This document shows positions 1-13,616 of a DNA stretch of 64,000 nt, one piece after another. The translations under genes and the position numbers were made by a program. The notes below the pieces were generated by a model, which saw only the letters and a program-made list of their open reading frames with translations, was not told the DNA's origin and did no database searches. The stretch's first letter is position 1, and the number at the start of each line of letters is the position of its first letter. Source of the DNA: Octopus vulgaris (Eukaryota); the NCBI GenBank assembly GCA_951406725.2, contig OX597819.1, positions 117,428,001 through 117,492,000 on the forward strand. Direction: 5' to 3'.

Positions 1-1189
1 TAAAGACAATAGAACATAGGATAATTTGAATTCAAAGAAATAATGGAATGAAAGAAATAATTAAGAATTTGTATGATAATAGATAGAAATAACTCTATCG
101 AAAACAGATAAGAAATGTAAAAATGAAAAAAAAAACTAATTAAGAACGACAAAAGAAAGGTAATAAAGAAAAAGTAAAGAAGGAGTTTAAAGAAAGATGA
201 ACTAAATAATAGGATTTCCTCGTAGAACACTAACCGTGTGAATTTTATTACTTTATATTTTCTTCACTGATATTGATTTAATTCGTTCTTATACAACACA
301 TCTGTTACTTATGTGGCAATTAAAGAACACTGAATCTTTCTATAGAGAAAGTCCAAAAGGAAGGGAAGGAGAACAAAACATGGCGTTTTTGTCGGTTCAG
401 ACAAATCTCGCGTGTCCTTCTATCTAACAACGAGTTATGAGTCTCAAAGCACATCCCTTAGTTGGAAATTAAGAAGGCAAAGAGATACAACCACTGCAAC
501 GACAACAGCTAAATAAAAACAACCAGGAATCGTCTCTTACAACAATATCATTCTACTTCAAGGTGAGAGGAAAATATAGGCTGCCGAGCAAAGCAAACTT
601 AACGACAGAACAAAGCAACAGAAGATCTAAAACTTGCTAGGAGAATACACTTCCATTGAAGAATAATTCATATTTTATAAGGGAGGACCTGCGAATAAAA
701 TAGAATTCAATCATTCGTAAGAAAAATAAAACTGTAATAAAATTCACGAGTAATATCTAAATGTACGGATCGAGACCGAATTTCGGCCGCATTCTGAAAT
801 GTATCAAAACGACGGCATGATACTTAATATATCGAATTATTATTATATTATATTCCTATTACACAATTATACCATATCTAGAGATAGAAATTTTCTCCAT
901 GAGAAAACACTATGAATGGATTCTTTAGAAGCCCGAACGTGCTTTAGCATGCATATTCGAACTGATATTAACATTGCAGTTTTACTATTATATTATATTT
1001 CATTGACCCATAAGGTAGAGCACTACACTTGCTCCACTGTAACAGCTATAACGAAGCAGAACACATGTTTTCACAGGGAAATGGAGATACATATGTGATT
1101 TAGTAAAAAAAAAAAATTCGGGTAACTGTTTTCAGTTCTATAAAATATTTATCTGTACAATAATATCATGAATAGCAGCAATCAATCAT

Positions 1190-1783
1190 TTATCATCCTT
1201 TCTTTAGCGGTCCCATATCTATGTGCATATCCCATAGTATGGTTACTCTCTCAATTCCTGTGTCCTTTTTTATTGTTATTCTATACTGTTGGCATAACTT
1301 CCAGTGTATATAGGTCCCAGCATTGTCGTGTCTGTGAATAAATTCCTTCTTAGCCAAGACTGGGCAGCCAGAGGCAATATGGTTTGTTGTTTTTTGTCTC
1401 CACATATTCCACAGTTGCTAGATATGTGTCTTTTCCTCATGTTATTGGTAATTTCTGGTAGGGTGACTTTGGATTTGTACTGCAATTAAAACTACTTCTG
1501 TTTCTGTTTTGAGTCTTAACGTTCTCAACCATTGTTGGCATTTTGCTTTGTCTATTTCTTTTGTGTTTATGTTAACCCACTACTTTCCATGAAAGGAGCT
1601 TTTCTTGCAATCGTTTTATCCTGGATCGTTGCTATTCCAGTTTTAGTTTGGATATCAGTTGTCTTACAGTTTGTTGTTTCTTTTTTTTCATAGTTGTTAG
1701 AGAGTATGATTTCCTATTTGTATTTGTCAACTTCCTTAAAGATTGTTTCTTTTCTTCTTTTTTCATCATCGTCGTTATCATCG

Positions 1784-1843
<60 letters not shown>

Positions 1844-1856
1844 CCATCATCATCAC

Positions 1857-1904
<48 letters not shown>

Positions 1905-3100
1905 TATTATTATTATTATTTTCATTATTATTATTATTATTATTATTAATTATCATATCGTGTATTCGAAGCATCGATGGCTTTTCTTTTTTTCGGGTTT
2001 TGTGGCTGTTTCTATTAGTTTTAAATCCTTCTGAAGTAGGTATTTTTGCAGTCCTATGGTGGTTACTTTGTAATAGATTTCTTGTTGTATAAGGCCTCTA
2101 CCACCTTCCATACGTTGTATATATAACCTTTCTATGTCAAATTTTGAGCGGTGCATCCTTAATCCTGTCATTGTTTTTTTCTTGATTTTCCGTCTGTTTT
2201 GATTAGTTCATTTAGTGTCCAGTTAAGGGTATTGTAGCTGTAACGTATAACTGGAACGGCTAGAGTGTTGAAACCTAGAATCTTTTTTTTCGCATTGTGC
2301 TCTGTTTTCCGTATTAATCTAACTCGCATAGAGTATTCTTTTTCTTTTATATATATTTTCTCTTTCATTTGCGTGTATATAGTTCATTGATTCGTAAGTA
2401 TTTATATGTCTGGCTTTGGTTGAATTCTCTTATTTCATTTGCTTTATCTAGTGTGATGTTGCTACTCTTAACTAATTTTCTTTCTTTCAAGGTTAACTTC
2501 GGCATATTTTTCTAAACCAAATTTCATGTTTACTTCTTTCATAAATCCATGTGCTGTCTGTAGTAATGTTTCCAGCTGTTTATCATTTGTAGTGTACAGT
2601 TTTAGGTCATCCATATATAAGGGGTGGAGGATTGTGCTGCCGTAACAGTTGTATCCGCATCCATTTCTGTTTATTGAGTAGGAGAGCAGTGCATGCCATG
2701 AAACTGACACTGGGTTAAAATATACAAAGCCCAGTATACCCATTGTGACTACCCGTATGATAAGGGTACACCAGGCACATGCACCACAACCATATGTGCG
2801 TGACAGGGTGATCTCATATCAATATTAACGGCGCATGACCTTGCAGTTGGGTCACAAGTATAATTTTCTTCAGGTCGTGTAGCCCACCCATATTTCCGAA
2901 GGTGAATTATCCTAAACCCCAAAGAATTCCTCTCAACACATGTCTGTGATGCTCCCCCACTATTTCTGCTCGTGATCAGAGATGCACGTATCGTTATACC
3001 AAGAAAAAAACAATGTACATGATAACACCTCCACTCAGTTAAGATAGGAATCCATGAGTGCCACTGCCTGGTACTGCATCAGGGCATAGATACTGTTTAT
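1190..3100 (-). mobile_element. Degenerate R4/Dong-type non-LTR retrotransposon (RT, CCHC knuckle, start of RLE), internally deleted
   Basis: Collinear minus-strand fragments: LYMDDLKLY...VNMKFGLEK (2468-2640), NTLAVPVIRYSY...W (2168-2368), IERLYIQRMEGGRGL (about 2090-2170), CGICG...HIASGCPVLAKKEFIHRHD...IHWKLC and VTILWD (1220-1420). Frameshifts and stops present. The inferred 5' UTR (about 2750-3100) abuts a triplet microsatellite. Confidence 0.8.
1763..1950. repeat. Compound (CAT)n(TAT)n microsatellite interrupting the R4-like element
   Basis: Seen directly; it produces the poly-M/I/S/D/H artefact ORFs. Confidence 0.97.
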
Positions 3101-3134
3101 CATCCTCCTCATCATCATCATTCTTCTTCTTCTT

Positions 3135-3217
<83 letters not shown>

Positions 3218-3264
3218 CATTATTATTATTAATATTGATAATAATAATAATAATAATAATAATG

Positions 3265-3318
<54 letters not shown>
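3099..3318. repeat. Compound (CAT)(CTT)n(ATT)n(AAT)n microsatellite
   Basis: Seen directly; the (ATT)n block followed by (AAT)n is self-complementary. Confidence 0.97.
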
Positions 3319-3775
3319 TATCTTGTATTCGAAACATCGATGGCTTGCTGGGTAAAGAATGTTGCAATACTTATCCCAACTCTACGGTCCGGTTTCAGTG
3401 ACCGTCCAGAATAGAATTGCCTTTCTTCACTTCAGCTTCCATGGAGCTTAAATACTTTTTCTTGGTATTGACTAATGCACTAATCTCAAAACGCTTTTCT
3501 TCATTTTTGTACCCAATTTACTTTAAATTATTAGTCACGAAAGACGTAAAAATTACCGCAACAACTCACGAAATTAACTTTCAGCTACACAGGAGAAAAA
3601 GGGGTTTGATCGTGTTTGAAAACTCGAGCAAAGACAAGCGCTTAAGAATGAGTGAGGATCTTGATGCACTCATTATTTTCAAAACGACGCAAGAGAATCT
3701 TCCGATGATGTATAGAATTGTATGGTATTTTGACAAATCAATTACCAAATTTTGTGGGAATATCTTCAGCTTATT

Positions 3776-3938
3776 AGGTGCAGGAGTGGCTGTGTGGTAA
3801 AAAGCTTACTTACCAAGCATATGGTTCTGGGTTCAGTCCCACTGCGTGGCACCTTGGGCAAATGTCTTCTACTATAACCACGGGCCGGCCAGAGACTTGT
3901 GAGTAGATTTGGTAGACGGAAACTGAAAGCAACCCGTC

Positions 3939-4007
<69 letters not shown>

Positions 4008-4232
4008 TATATGTTTGTGTGTCTGTGATTGTTCCCCCACATTACTTGACAACCGATGCTGGTGTGTTTACGTCCCCGTAACTTAGCGGTTGGGCAAAAG
4101 AGACCCATAGAATAAGAATTAGGCTTCCAAAGAATAAGTCCTGGGGTCGATTTGCTCGACTAAAGGCGGTGCTCCAGCATGGCTGCAGTCAAATGACTGA
4201 AACAGGTAAAAGGGTAAAAGAGAGAGAGTAGA
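3776..4232 (+). mobile_element. tRNA-derived SINE, family A, with internal (TA)n(TG)n
   Basis: Head gcaggagtggctgtgtggtaa...ggttcagtccc (A/B-box-like), a body shared with about 8 other copies in the window, and a gtaaaag repeat tail. Confidence 0.9.
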
Positions 4233-4339
4233 GTTATGGTAGGATTTTAGAAAATTCGTAGAAAAGGATCCTGAGAAGTGTTAACCCAAGATTAGTGTGA
4301 GTGAGCCCTCATTTTTGTTCCTCTTCCTACAAAGGCAAT

Positions 4340-4800
4340 AACAGGTTGTATAAATGGAGGGTAGAAGCACAAGCACCTGCTCAACGATCTCAAGTCACTC
4401 TGTCTGGATGCAGTAGCCGTTAGAGAGAACAGAATTTCCGAAATGAATTCCCTTTCTCTCCTGGAAGACTACGATGTTTATGCCTTATTCAGTCGACAGT
4501 TCTGTTTGGAGTAGGCTTAGATGTACAGCCGAGTACGATCTACGTACATTGGGGCGGGAAATGGGTGGTCTGTGGTGTGAGCAGCATTGAAGGTGACGGC
4601 TGAGTCTTCAGACTAGTGGCTGTCTACATTCTGATAGGAATCGAACGAGTAGATGTCTAAATTATGAGGACCTTCCCTAGAACAAGTACATTAGTTGCCA
4701 CTGCCAGTGGAATGTTACACACATTGATTACAGGGGAGAAGCTGAGAGCAGAGCAGGGTAAAAAACCATTACAATCCTTCTCACGCATTTCAAACTGTCT
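4340..4800 (+). pseudogene. Possible L1/Tx1-type APE endonuclease relic
   Basis: About 4373-4432 translates KHLLNDLKSLCLDAVAVRENR, resembling the APE D-x-x-x-x-(Q)E motif. The remainder is highly decayed. Confidence 0.35.
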
Positions 4801-5387
4801 GACATGTTTGGTCTCGATTTCCATAATAATGAATGAGTATATATAACAGGGATATTTATAAATGACGTGGAATATTGTGAAATCAAGTTCTTTTCCACGA
4901 ATCTAAGTCGTGTGCACTCTTTCAGTTGTTTTGTTAACGACAGGGCACATTTCAGAGGAAGCTGTAAAATAATACAAGGTCAATTAACTACTTACTTCAC
5001 GCCATTAGCTAAAGATCTTATCCAACGAAAGCAGGTCTGCTGACACACGCACAGACATGCACCAAACAGAAAAGCATATATCTTGAGAAATATTTGCATC
5101 GAGTAGTTGACCATTTAAAAAAATCTGAGTGTCGGAATATCGATGATTTTGCTAGAATTGAATACAAAATTTCCTTCAATGCCATTGGATATTGCTTGAC
5201 AAGAAAAGGACAGCTGAATTCCTACACGTGTTTGGATTTATTTTTGTAGACTTCCCGCTTTTAGTAGTGGTTGGTGACCGGAATATGACACGATAGACTC
5301 TCATGAACCTTGCTTGAACATACCAATGTCGTATATATGTTAGAAAGTTTGAACCAGCGCGTTAATTAGGCCTATTCTAGTTGTGAT

Positions 5388-5620
5388 GCGGAACTTTGGC
5401 AGAATCATTTGCACGCTGGGCGAAATGCTTAGTGCTATTTTGTCTGCCGTTACGTTGTGAGTTCAAATTCCACCGAGGTCGACTTTGGCTTTCATCCTTT
5501 CGGGGTCGATAAATTAATTACCAATTACGCACTGGGGCCGATGTAATCGACTTAATCCGTTTGTCTGTCCTTGTTTGTCCTCTCTGTGTTTAGCCCCTTG
5601 GGGCTAGTAAAGAAATAGGT
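5388..5620 (+). mobile_element. tRNA-derived SINE, family B
   Basis: Contains gagttcaaattcc (B box), the ctttcatcctttcggggtcgataaa core and the tail ...agccccttg...taaagaaata; multiple copies in the window. Confidence 0.9.
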
Positions 5621-6924
5621 CTACTAGAATATGGCCAGCGACGTGAACAAAACTACTTTTAACGAGAATATTCTTAATCGGAGGATATTCCCAGTTCTTA
5701 TACAAGCAAGTGTTTCTTTTACTTTTAGCATGAGCGATTATGTAGAAATCTAAACCGTTTAGAGAGCGGTCGATATAATCGCATCACAATCGACGCAGTT
5801 GTATCAAATACTCAAATAATTGCTGTTATTGTTGTTATTACTGTAAAAAATATGAATGAAAAAGATAACACTAATGATGTAAATGACGTGTGATATCATT
5901 GTATTTGCTTTAATTTTCTCAGTTATTGTTGTGCAACTATGAGAAGAGTATCATTATCAGCAATTTCCTGTTGCGAGTCTGATCTATAATTTGATTTCTA
6001 TCGGAAAACATGCAGAAAATTAAAATTCTATTAACTGCAAAAACTATAATGCATAAACATGTTTAACTTTCTTCTCTTTGTCTCTTTTATTTATTCATTT
6101 TTATTCATTTGTTTCTTCGCTGTCTAGAATCCATTTTTGTTTGTGTTTTGTTGTGCAGCAATGTCATGTCTCAGCAACTACACAATTTATTTATAAGATG
6201 ACAAGTTCACATTTAGTGTTTTTTCCAATATGAAGAGCAATTAATTTTTCGTAATTGTTGACAAGTTTGAATATTTGACAATCACGTCTCATGATATAAA
6301 AAAGAAATATGACATAACTAAAAATAACATAAATATTCATTCGTAACGCCAAATATACATATACACACGTTACATATATAAACAGACGTATGTGCATACA
6401 TAAATTACATACAGACAGACGTATATACATACATACGTACATATATCCATACATCAAAGCACATACAAATGTGTGTCTTTGTGTGCATGTGTGTATATGA
6501 ACTGTAGCACTTAACTGCTGGTATATTGAACGATTGAAGTAAGTGCATCGTACAGCTCATACGCGATATTTTGCATTGTGTTCAAATTGGGTTTCTATAA
6601 TGTCTTTGATTTCATTTATCCTTTTAAAGGATATATGATATAGCCTGTGTGTATTTCAGTGGTTTGTACGCTTTACTTGTTTCTATCCATTATTTCATCT
6701 TGATTGCGAATAGAATTTTATAATGGGAAATTTTGACAGGTATTTTTTTAAAGCAAAATAAATGCTAATACCACATAACGTTTTCAATTTCTGATTCTAT
6801 GGCTTACTCTCTCTTAGTTCCCCTTTCTCACACTCTCTTTCTCTCTGTCACTATCAGACTGTCACTTTCTCTCCCTCTATCTCCCTCTCTATCTGTATAT
6901 GTGCAAGCGTGTATGTGTGTGTTT

Positions 6925-7116
6925 ACTATTTTACTCTTTTTACTCTTTAACCTCTTTCAGTCACTTTACAGGACTTATTCTTTGTAAGCGTAGTACTTAT
7001 TCTATCAACTCTTTTGCAGAACCGCTAAGTTACGGGGACGTAAACACACCAGCATCGGTTGTCAAGCGTTGTTGACGGACAAACACAAACACACAAACAT
7101 ACACACACACACATGC

Positions 7117-7179
<63 letters not shown>

Positions 7180-7345
7180 CATACATACATACATATATAC
7201 GGCTGGCTTCATTTAGTTTTCGTCTACCAAATCTACTGACAAGACTTTGGTCGGTCCGGGGCTATAGTAGATGACACTTACACAAGATGCCACGTAGTGG
7301 GACTGAATTCGGAACCATATGGATGGTAAGCAAGCTATTTACTAC
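6925..7345 (-). mobile_element. SINE family A
   Basis: Reverse complement of 3776-4232. Confidence 0.88.
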
Positions 7346-7417
7346 ACAGCCTCTCCTACGCCTATTGTCTACACTTGTGTGTATTTCTGTGAGTGATTGT
7401 GTGCGTTCTGTATATGC

Positions 7418-7484
<67 letters not shown>

Positions 7485-7717
7485 AGTAGTTGAATGAATT
7501 GTCCTAGCATGGATATATATATATGTATATATATATAATAATAAATATTAGGGAATAAATCCAAATTTACAGGGGAAAAAAATCAGATTTAGGATTAAAT
7601 CCAATTTTATAGTAAAATATTATAAAATATTATTAGAGACAAAACCACTATTTTGCAAAACAAACAAGGAAAGACTTAATCAATACATAAAATTTTAATA
7701 AATAGTCAAAAAAACCG

Positions 7718-7760
7718 CCACTACAATCGTTTCTTGTCTTGATCGACAATCTTCAGGTGG
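7718..7760 (-). ncRNA. Minimal type I hammerhead ribozyme motif (left arm)
   Basis: Reverse complement reads CCAC-CUGAAGA-UUGUC(GAUCAA)GACAA-GAAAC-GAUU-GUA-GUGG. Confidence 0.8.
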
Positions 7761-8189
7761 ACTTCCAATCTAAAATATCAATATTTTAAAATATAAAAAT
7801 AATAATTTTAAAATAATTAAAGTATGAATGAAAAAATATAAATATATAATCCATATATAACCTATATATAATCCATATATAATCAATATATAAACAATAT
7901 ATAAACTAAAATAAACCTATCAACAATTAAATATAAAATATAAAATATAAAATATAAAACAAAACAAAAAAATAATAATAATATGATAATAAACTATATA
8001 TACACCCATACACATATACCTAATTATATATAACCATATCTAACTACATACACTAAATCACACACCTATATATATATCCCTATACATACACATAAAAACG
8101 TCTAGGCAACTATAAATAAATAAAATAGCTAAATACTTCAACACAATACTTATTCATACTCCCACACACACACACATACAACCCACATT

Positions 8190-9270
8190 CACGCTCTAGA
8201 AAACGGACATCACTCAAAATTATGAACGGAGAAATGGAATAAATGGAATTAAAAATTATATTCACTTGGTAAAACGAACACTACTTAAAAATTATGAATG
8301 AAACAATGCAATAAAACAACAGACATCGCAAATAGACACAAATTACTACGAATTCCTTAACAAACCCACCATGATAAACCAAAACTCATAAAAACATATA
8401 ATGATAAAATCTCCCTTTACTAAACTCTATAACATACCTATATAGCAATCCCCCTAACCTAAACATTCACACACAAATACACACACGTAAACCACACACC
8501 CACGACATATACAAATACCCACACCACTTACACATACCAATACATACATATAAACCTCAACATATACTCCAAAAACCCACTCAACCCCACACAGACAAAA
8601 AAACACAAAAATTATGAATGGATTCTTTTATAAAACTACCATGATAATCTAAAACTCACAAAACAGAAATGATAAAATCTCCCTTTACTAAACACTATAA
8701 CATACTTATATAGCAATCCCTTTAACCTATACATTCACACACAAATACACACACATAAACCACACACCCATAACAAATACAAACACCCACCCCACTCGCA
8801 CACACCCACAAGTACATATAAGCCTCAACATATACACCAAACAAAATTACTTTACCAAGGAACTTAACATATGTATAAAAAGTATAACCGCTCTGGAAAC
8901 GAACATCTCTAAATTAATGAATGGAGAAATGGAATAAATGGAATTAAAAATAATATTCACGTGGCAAAACGAACACCACTCAAAAATTATGAATGAAACA
9001 ATGTAATAAAACAACCAACATCGAAAATAGACAAATTACCACGAATTCCCTAAAAAAACCATGATAAACCAAAACTCTTAAAAACATATAACGATAAAAT
9101 CTCCCTTTGCTAAACTCTATAACAAACCTATATAGCAATCCCCCTAACCTAAACATTCACACACAAATACACACACATAAACCTCAGACCCACGACTTAT
9201 ACACATACCTATACTAACTTATAAACCTCAATATACACCAAAACCCACTCCTCCCCACACAGACAAATTA
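8190..9270 (+). repeat. Internal diverged direct repeats within the left arm (mirrored at about 10820-11900)
   Basis: Block ggagaaatggaataaatggaattaaaaa...gataaaatctcccttt...tatagcaatccccctaacctaaacattcacacacaaatac occurs at about 8190-8600 and 8890-9270, with a partial copy at 8608-8840. Confidence 0.85.
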
Positions 9271-12200
9271 ACACATACATCCCAAAACCTAAATAACAAA
9301 CCCATATACACATTCACACACAAACACACACACACGCAAAACACACACACACAACAGATACATATACTCCCTCACATATACGCATATACATACTCACTAA
9401 ACTCGATATATACAACAATATTTACACACCCACACTCATACAGATAAATAAATTATACAACTAAAAACTCACACACAATCTCATATACATAAACACTCCT
9501 ATGAAAACAACATTAAATACATCGTAATTAACCAGAATATCAAAAATAACAATATGACATAAAGGTAAATAAAATACATACTTACAAGTCAGTTTCAAAA
9601 ATATATTCATCCATACATGGACGCACATGCACACAATAAATACGTACAACCCCCCAATACACACTCATATACATACGTATCAAGCTCGACATCCACAGCG
9701 ATACGCTTACACCCACTCACACCCAGATGGGTGAATTGCACAACCAGGGAACGCACACACACACGTGTGCGTTTTTTGATTGTGCAACTCGCCCATATGC
9801 ATGTATGCGGGCGCGATTACATTGTTGCATATATCGAGCCCAAATAGCATGCATATGTACATGTGAGGGGGTACACGCAAATGACGTGCGCGTGTACCCC
9901 CTGCATTTATACCCGTGCGTGAATATACACATGGAGACTACTACACAGGTATAAATGTGTATAGTAATGGGAGCCCCATCACTACACTCAATGTATACTC
10001 TCACCCATCCGCACGGATGTGAAAGTGAATCTCCGGTGTATATGTTGAGGCTTATATGTAGCGCTGTGGAGGCGAACGTCGTTGAAATTGTGAATGAATG
10101 GGTGGAGTTGGGAATTGTAACCGGGTGGTGGACTAGCGTTGCTTGGAATTGTGAATGGAATAGTGTAGTAGTGAGGTAGGCATCGAGAATAGGTTTGGGT
10201 TACTGCAAGTTGTTTGTTAGAGTTGCTAAGGTGAGCTAAAGCTCATAAATGTATATAATGATTTTGCATGGTAGTTTTTTAAAGAATCCATTCATAATAA
10301 TTTGTTTTAAGTAGTGTTGGTTTGCCACGTGGATATAGTTTTTAGTTCCATTTATTCTATTTCTCCATTCATAATTTAAATGACGTTTACTTTCCATGGC
10401 GCGTATTCTTTTTTTACATAAGTTATTTCTATGGTAACGTAATTTTGGTTTGATTTTTTTAACGGCTAAGAATTTAATTTCACTTCATAATTTGAAACTG
10501 ACTTGTAAGTATGTATTTTATTTATCCTTATGTCATATTGTTATTTTTGATATTCTGGTTAATTACGATGTATTTAATGTTGTTTTCATAGGAGTGTTTA
10601 TGTATATGAGATTGTGTGTGAGTTTTTAGTTGTATAATTTATTTATCTGTATGAGTGTGGGTGTGTAAATATTGTTGTATATATCGAGTTTAGTGAGTAT
10701 GTATATGCGTATATGTGAGGGAGTATATGTATCTGTTGTGTGTGTGTGTTTTGCGTGTGTGTGTGTTTGTGTGTGAATGTGTATATGGGTTTGTTATTTA
10801 GGTTTTGGGATGTATGTGTTAATTTGTCTGTGTGGGGAGGGAGTGGGTTTTGGTGTATATTGAGGTTTATAAGTTAGTATAGGTATGTGTATAAGTCGTG
10901 GGTCTGTGGTTTACGTGTGTGTATTTGTGTGTGAATGTTTAGGTTAGGGGGATTGCTATATAGGTTTGTTATAGAGTTTAGCAAAGGGAGATTTTATCGT
11001 TATATGTTTTTAAGAGTTTTGGTTTATCATGGTTTTTTTAGGGAATTCGTGGTAATTTGTCTATTTTCGATGTTGGTTGTTTTATTACATTGTTTCATTC
11101 ATAATTTTTGAGTGGTGTTCGTTTTGCCACGTGAATATTATTTTTAATTCCATTTATTCCATTTCTCCATTCATTAATTTAGAGATGTTCGTTTCCAGAG
11201 CGGTTATACTTTTTATACATATGTTAAGTTCCTTGGTAAAGTAATTTTGTTTGGTGTATATGTTGAGGCTTATATGTACTTGTGGGTGTGTGTGAGTGGG
11301 GTGGGTGTTTGTATTTGTTATGGGTGTGTGGTTTACGTGTGTGTATTTGTGTGTGAATGTATAGGTTAAAGGGATTGCTATATAAGTATGTTATAGTGTT
11401 TAGTAAAGGGAGGTTTTATCATTTCTGTTTTGTGAGTTTTAGCTTATCATGGTAGTTTTATAAAAGAATCCATTCATAATTTTTGTGTTTATTTGTCTGT
11501 GTGGGGTTGAGTGGGTTTTTGGAGTATATGTTGAGGTTTATATGTATGTATTGGTATGTGTAAGTGGTGTGGGTATTTGTATATGTCGTGGGTGTGTGGT
11601 TTACGTGTGTGTATTTGTGTGTGAATGTTTAGGTTAGGGGGATTGCTATATAGGTATGTTATAGAGTTTAGTAAAGGGAGATTTTATCATTATATGTTTT
11701 TATGAGTTTTGGTTTATCATGGTAGGTTTGTTAAGGAATTCGTAGTAATTTGTGTCTATTTGCGATGTCTGTTGTTTTATTGCATTGTTTCATTCATAAT
11801 TTTTAAGTAGTGTTCGTTTTACCAAGTGAATATAATTTTTAATTCCATTTATTCCATTTCTCCGTTCATAATTTTGAGTGATGTCCGTTTTCTAGAGCGT
11901 GAATGTGGGTTGTATGTGTGTGTGTGTGGGAGTATGAATAAGTATTGTGTTGAAGTATTTAGCTATTTTATTTATTTATAGTTGCCTAGACGTTTTTATG
12001 TGTATGTATAGGGATATATATATAGGTGTGTGATTTAGTGTATGTAGTTAGATATGGTTATATATAATTAGGTATATGTGTATGGGTGTATATATAGTTT
12101 ATTATTATATTATTATTATTTTTTTTGTTTTGTTTTATATTTTATATTTTATATTTTATATTTAATTGTTGATAGGTTTATTTTAGTTTATATATTGTTT

Positions 12201-12331
12201 ATATATTGATTATATATGGATTATATATAGGTTATATATGGATTATATATTTATATTTTTTCATTCATACTTTAATTATTTTAAAATTATTATTTTTATA
12301 TTTTAAAATATTGATATTTTAGATTGGAAGT

Positions 12332-12374
12332 CCACCTGAAGATTGTCGATCAAGACAAGAAACGATTGTAGTGG
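12332..12374 (+). ncRNA. Minimal type I hammerhead ribozyme motif (right arm)
   Basis: ccac ctgaaga ttgtc gatcaa gacaa gaaac gatt gta gtgg: stem I CCAC/GUGG, CUGANGA core, 5-bp stem II, GAAA, minimal near-palindromic stem III and a GUA cleavage triplet. Confidence 0.8.
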
Positions 12375-13361
12375 CGGTTTTTTTGACTATTTATTAAAAT
12401 TTTATGTATTGATTAAGTCTTTCCTTGTTTGTTTTGCAAAATAGTGGTTTTGTCTCTAATAATATTTTGTATATATATATATATATATATGTATACACAT
12501 GTACACTCTGAAGCACGAATGCATACACACATATTGATATGTACATTGAATGTGAAGAAGCCTGAAAGAGTAGTATGTATATTTACATTGTTTATTAATG
12601 GTACATACTGTCCATGCTGTAAAATTACAAATTGAAACAGATATTCCTCTATATATGTGTGGTTCAGGTTGTCTAACAAATTGTAGTTATACATTTATTT
12701 AGTTAAAAGCTGATGGAGTTATATTTCTATAACTGCTGGAATGAGATATTCTCTTGGTCATGTAATATATCAAATACTCGAACTGGTTAAGATGTTTGCT
12801 TAAAGAGAAACCTCTAATATTTATACATGCCTATGTGAGTATGAGTTGATAGCCATTACCATGCGGTATATGTCTGGTGTCCATAGATGTAATGGCAGCA
12901 ACAATAAATGATAGAGAATATAGAGAGATTGTTGGCATTCATTTGAATATATTTCAGATGCTATTATTTCATAATGATTCCTACAATATATAGTTGCCGA
13001 TGATTTTCTTACTATTGTTATCGTCGATGCAACAAATGCATTTATTTCAGATAAAGCTATCGAGAGAAAACAAGATTATTTTTCTCCTTTTAACTAACTC
13101 TCTCCCTTCTCTCTTACTTTCAATATCTCTTTCCTCTCTCTCTCTCTTTAAACATACATATTGAAATATCTCCATCAAGTTCTTCATAGTTTAAAAATGC
13201 TCTAAGGAAGTCTTAACAGACATATCTTAATACATATTACGGAAGCAAGAATGGAGCGTATTACATGATTTCAAAACTTCACTGTTCCGTGTGACCCCTT
13301 TATTACAACTACACACACACATACAAGAACACGCACACACACACATATATATATATATATA

Positions 13362-13596
13362 CTTATTTCTTTATTACCCACAAGGGGCTAAACACAGAGG
13401 GGACAAACAAGGACATACATAGGTATTAAGTCGATTACATCGGCCCCATTGCGTATTTGGTAATTAATTTATCGACCCCGAAAGGATGAAAGGCAAAGTC
13501 GACCTCGGCGGAATTTGAACTCACAACGTAACGCAGACGAAATACCGCTAAGCACTTCGCCCGGCGTGCTAACGTTTCTGCCAGCCCGCTGCCTTA
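13362..13596 (-). mobile_element. SINE family B
   Basis: Reverse complement of the family B consensus, inserted in (TA)n. Confidence 0.9.
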
Positions 13597-13616
13597 CATA
13601 TATATATATATATACT

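Larger units (their letters stand above)
7537..12468 (-). mobile_element. Non-coding fold-back element with ~2 kb inverted arms and hammerhead ribozymes (PLE pLTR-like), inserted in (TA)n
   Basis: 7624-9599 is the near-perfect reverse complement of 10491-12468. Spacer about 890 bp. Unpaired tail 7537-7623 is shared with 20597-20680. (TA)n on both flanks. Strand is inferred from the ribozyme/tail order. Confidence 0.85.

Noticed and set aside
1-720. A-rich segment suspected of being a retroelement relic
   Set aside because: No recognisable motif in any frame.
1632-3414. Homopolymer ORFs (poly-M/I/S/D/H/L) and the many [12 protein letters not shown] ORFs across the window
   Set aside because: These are translations of tri- and dinucleotide microsatellites, not genes.
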